From an uncultured Bacteroides sp. (GTDB lineage Bacteria > Bacteroidota > Bacteroidia > Bacteroidales > JACABE01), in contig CAYRBL010000001.1 in the NCBI GenBank assembly GCA_964422385.1, positions 99,049-163,048 of the forward strand: a DNA stretch of 64,000 bases. The letters run 5' to 3'. Position 1 is the first letter of the stretch; every line of letters starts with the position of its first letter. Of the stretch, positions 59,900 to 64,000 are shown in pieces. Both the position numbers and the translations under genes were made by a program. The notes beneath the pieces were generated by a model. That model saw only the letters and a list, made by a program, of their open reading frames with translations. It searched no databases and was not told where the DNA came from.

Positions 59900-62800
59900 T
59901 TTGTTTTGGGATTTTGTTTGTTATTATTAGAAAATATTACTGATATAACTCAGGATGTTCTTGTTGAAAGACTAATACATCGTCCAAGAATGAATCAACC
60001 ATAAGGCCTTCTTCTAATTCTAAGTCCATTATATTAGCTATTTGCGGTCCTTTACCAGGAATGTACAAAGGCACAACTCTATCTGGAGCGTGCATTTCAA
60101 TACCACGATTTTCCAACACTCTTAAATGTATTGGAGTTCCATCGAGTTTAGTACGATGTTGCGAGTATAAGTCAGTTGATGTATCCATTTTAATGTGTTA
60201 ATTTAAGTTCTGGGATATGATATTGTTTAATTTTTTTATATAATTCTGTAGGATTATCAAGGACAGAGCCAAGTTCTTCTTCAGTGCAATTAAATTGCAA
60301 ATAGTGTTCACCTGGGAATACGAACAAATACTTAGTTGCGCGACATATGAAGCCCGATACCTGCATATCAGTGGCTGCATACACCGCGCATTTATCAATG
60401 CATTGGATGAGCTTAATCATGTTGATTCAATGCTACATTAGCTAGGAAAAAACATAGTGCTGCAAGTAATGCAGAGAATAGACCATAAGCTCCAGCTTCT
60501 GAATCATTAGTCGTAAAAAAGATTAATGTAAACATAAGGCATGCTACTATGCAAATTAGAGCTAATACTAAAGCTGTCCAGAATAATGTTGACTTTTTCA
60601 TATATTTCTTTGTTTTGGGGTTTAATTGAAAGCCTACTAACTTCACAGTGTTCGGCTGTCGTCATTATGCAAATTGTGTATAAACTATGTTCTATTAGTA
60701 TCTTTCCTGTGCTCTGTGAGCGTACCCATTATAGACTTAATAAACCATGACTAATCAAAAATCTCATTTCAGCGAGTTCTTATAATTCTCTATATTTAAT
60801 GTCTTCTACTCGTGGCTCAAAACGGCCATCTAAGTTTATGTGTTGAGTGAATGTTTCTAAACCATCCACGTTAGGATCTTTGCAAGTAACTACTCGCACA
60901 AATTGTTTGCCTTTGAAGCCTTGAGGAGTTAATCCTAAGTAGAAATAATATGTTGTCATAACTTACTTTTACAAGGTATATATTCTGTTGATACAATACC
61001 ATCTAATTCATAAGAACTTACATGTTTGTAATTACATGTAGTTATGGTACAAATACAACCACAACTTAAACATTTCTTTCTTCCTTTATTAGGCCAATTA
61101 ATCCAGGAATGCATTGCAGTCCTATCAGGTCTTTTCCTTGCCATAACTGTAAACTTAAGGGTCCTACTCACGATTACTCGTTTTCGGACCCCAAATTGTT
61201 ACTTAGTGCATAATCTGTATTTACATACAGTGTTGCCCAACATGTCAAAGTTCTCTTCTGAAGCTGCTAACTCTCTTCTGATTGCTGCAGCGACTTGATG
61301 GGGAAGTCCTGTAAATACAGCGACTTTTTTCTTTCCGGTGATTGCTATAACTGAAGCCATATGATTGTATTTAGGGGTTAATCTTTTATAGGATTTTCAA
61401 TTGGATGTAATGAAATATTTCCTTGCAGATACAAATCAAAATAAGTATCTGAATGATGTATAACTCCTTTAACAGTCTCATGTCTTGTCCAACCAATATG
61501 ATTAACCATTTCAGTTAACAATCTAGCTGCAGCTAAGCCATCTTCAAACGTTGTGAATGTAGCTTGAGTTGTCTTACGATTCACGTAAGTTTCTACTTCA
61601 ATAATGTACTTCTTCATTTTTATTTTGGGTTTTGGGGTTTCAAACTAAAACCAGTGTGATTACTCACACTGGTAAATTAGACAAGAGTTTTCGGGTACTC
61701 TAAAGTAGACATTTGATTCTCTACACCATCGTTCTTTTTACTAAATGCACGACAAACAAACAACCTGGCTGAGTTTTGGGATTCAGAAAAATAGATTCAC
61801 AAGAAATACTATAATCCAGTAAAGAACTATAAGTGCTATACCAATTCCTACAATCCATAGAAAAATATATACCACTATTGAAAAGATACTTCCAGAAGCT
61901 GCTGCAACTTCTTCACAACTACTTAATAGAATTAAGAGTGAAAGTAATACTAAAGACTTTGCCTTCATTTTATTTCTTTTTTGGGGTTTGACCTATACAA
62001 AAGTATAACGCACTAGACTTAACAACTATTTATACTCATCTAGTTGAGTTGAAAAGAATTAGTTAGGCAGCTTAGCGAGCCAGTTTCAAACAAGGATCTC
62101 ATCGTATGCGAGAACGCACACTTAGTATTCAGCCTTGTTTCTAATTCTTGTTTTCTTTCCCGGTCGGCTTACGTCGATTAAGAGAAAGAAAGTTTTAGTT
62201 CTTATGAGTCTTGAACTACAAAGGAACACGATTTATTATCCTATCATAACAGAGCTTTAGGTTAAGCTACTCAGTTGTTATGTAATAACTCAGTTCTATA
62301 ATTATTATAATCTTTTAACTCTGGTCGTCACCAGTGAAAATTGAATACAATAACCCTACATATCTTTGAATATATAGGTAAGACAACTCACTCTGCTAGC
62401 AGTGTAGTCCTTTGACTGCTAACGCCCATATCTTCCACAGCTTAATCGTTACGCTGTTTATCTTCGGGAATGTACTACGATTTTAAATGTTAGCCGCACA
62501 ACGCGGTAGATGTCGGCTCAATGGCTCGACTTAATTTAAAAACATAATTAAGACCAGCGTGATCACGACCGAGTTAATTCTCGGAATGCGCCACGTTGGT
62601 CTTTAGATTTAACAAACCAAATCAACTCCTTACGATTCAAGGTTAATTCGAAATGTCCTCCGATCAAGAGTATGAGCAAGAACATTGTCTTACTGATCCA
62701 TATATACCATTACCACAATGGGACATACTATTGGGTTTAAACTAAAGCTATACTCCGTGGTATAAGAGCTGCTTTATTATCCCGAGTTTAATTATGAAGT

Positions 62801-63381
62801 TGAGCTTTCATTCTATTTCAAAAATGATACTAGCCTTCTGGTTCTTTTTAGATTATACTGCCAAACTTTTAAGCAGTTGATTTATTAAGGAAAAATACTA
62901 TTTGGTGTTTGATAGTATATACCGAATTTTCTCGAAGTTGAAGAGCGAATAATTTTTTGATAAGTATTTTGATAGTGTGGCAGACAGCGGTAGTCGCACC
63001 TCCCCTCACTCACATACCAAATTTCTATCTCGAAATTATTCTATCTCTTTCAACAATGCAGTTCTATCATCAAGAAGAATATATTCAAAGACTGTCCAGT
63101 TCTTAATTCTACCTGATTGTTTAAGATGATAGAAACCTTTCTTGCCTTCAATCTCTCTCTTGATACGAGTGTAAGTAATGCATTCAATTACTTCACCCTC
63201 TTCAGTTGTTATCTGATTGTCCTTGAACAAGCCATAGACTAATCGAATTGGTTCTTCAGTCATAATACTTATTGGTGTTAAGGAGACTAAGTTAAGGGAC
63301 AATTCCTCAGTCCCCATTAGTTAAAAATACTAATTGGCAAAGCCAACAATCCCACACGAATGTGCAGGATTGTTGATTTTG

Positions 63382-63954
63382 TTATTCCGCAATTGTTAAT
63401 TTGTGGAATGTTTTGCGAACTGCCCGATTTCTTAATTCGGTTTCAGTTTTGGCAAAATCGGGCTTTCCGTCTTTTTCAACGTAAGGAACAACAAACCCAT
63501 CAATTTTTTCAACTGTGAATTTTTTGTCTTTCAACCACATTGCCAATTTGGCTTGGTCGTTCGCAAATGCAGGGTTTAAACGGCTACCTGAAACAAACCA
63601 CATTTTGTAACTTGCTTTGTCAGGGTTGGTCATCTGTTGCGTACCTTTAATTTCTTTTTTGTCGTCTACGAAAGACGCCGGAGAAATAAGGTTGCTAATT
63701 GATACCAATTCGCCTTTATCGGTTTTCATACGGATATGGGCTGCCGAACCTTCGACCAATTCAATTTTTCCAAAAGTTACTTCACCTTCAGTAAGTGAGT
63801 ATGCCTCGATAGCAGCATCAAGTTTAGTGTCTTTAATGCCCGCTGCTTTAGCAGCTTCCAATAATTCCTCATAGGAATCAAATTCTTTTAATTCAGCCAT
63901 TGCTTTGAAATTTAGAATGTTAATTTTTGTTTTGTTTGGTAGGTTGTGCCACAC
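63382..63954 (-). CDS. hypothetical protein
   Basis: 190-aa ORF (likely start at internal MAELKEF). Confidence 0.5.
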   Translation of the reverse strand: MWHNLPNKTKINILNFKAMAELKEFDSYEELLEAAKAAGIKDTKLDAAIEAYSLTEGEVTFGKIELVEGSAAHIRMKTDKGELVSISNLISPASFVDDKKEIKGTQQMTNPDKASYKMWFVSGSRLNPAFANDQAKLAMWLKDKKFTVEKIDGFVVPYVEKDGKPDFAKTETELRNRAVRKTFHKLTIAE

Positions 63955-64000
63955 GCACCCCTTTCCCGCCCTATAAGGCTGGGGGTAAATTTGGAGACAG

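Noticed and set aside
61044-61298. Plus-strand 84-aa ORF
   Set aside because: Antisense to small minus-strand Cys-rich ORFs; inconsistent with the complete minus-strand gene orientation.

Overview
AT-rich phage-like window (large Bacteroidota-type or crAss-like phage genome or prophage segment). Essentially every credible gene lies on the minus strand. Tightly packed replication and nucleotide-metabolism genes occupy 1-20.8 kb: primase, DnaB-like helicase, SF2 helicase, family A DNA polymerase, RNase H, ClpP, two metallophosphoesterases, ferritin, an AAA+ ATPase and an MgtC homologue. A first array of about 25 tRNA genes follows (20.8-33.7 kb). It is interrupted by three HNH homing-endonuclease genes (one frameshifted) and a zinc-finger/DUF559 endonuclease, and several tRNAs are non-canonical (long variable-region insertions, a type-II tRNA with a CCA anticodon, tRNA fragments). 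A flotillin/SPFH protein with four N-terminal tandem repeats, a MazG-like gene, a NUDIX gene and a short PurA/PurZ-like adenylosuccinate synthetase homologue come next. A second, highly unusual cluster of tRNA-like elements lies at 40.8-42.4 kb, with a recurring ~28-nt spacer repeat. At least two units there look like circularly permuted tRNA genes (3' half, short linker, then a 5' half whose acceptor strand pairs with the upstream 3' half). The window ends with two vWA-domain proteins, one 585 aa with Ro60/TROVE-like architecture next to further tRNA-like RNAs. A SpoT-like HD hydrolase, many small secreted or membrane proteins, and several 0.6-1 kb ORF-free, comparatively GC-rich regions that may be structured RNAs are also present. 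Hand-folded tRNA boundaries and anticodons are approximate (+/- a few nt).
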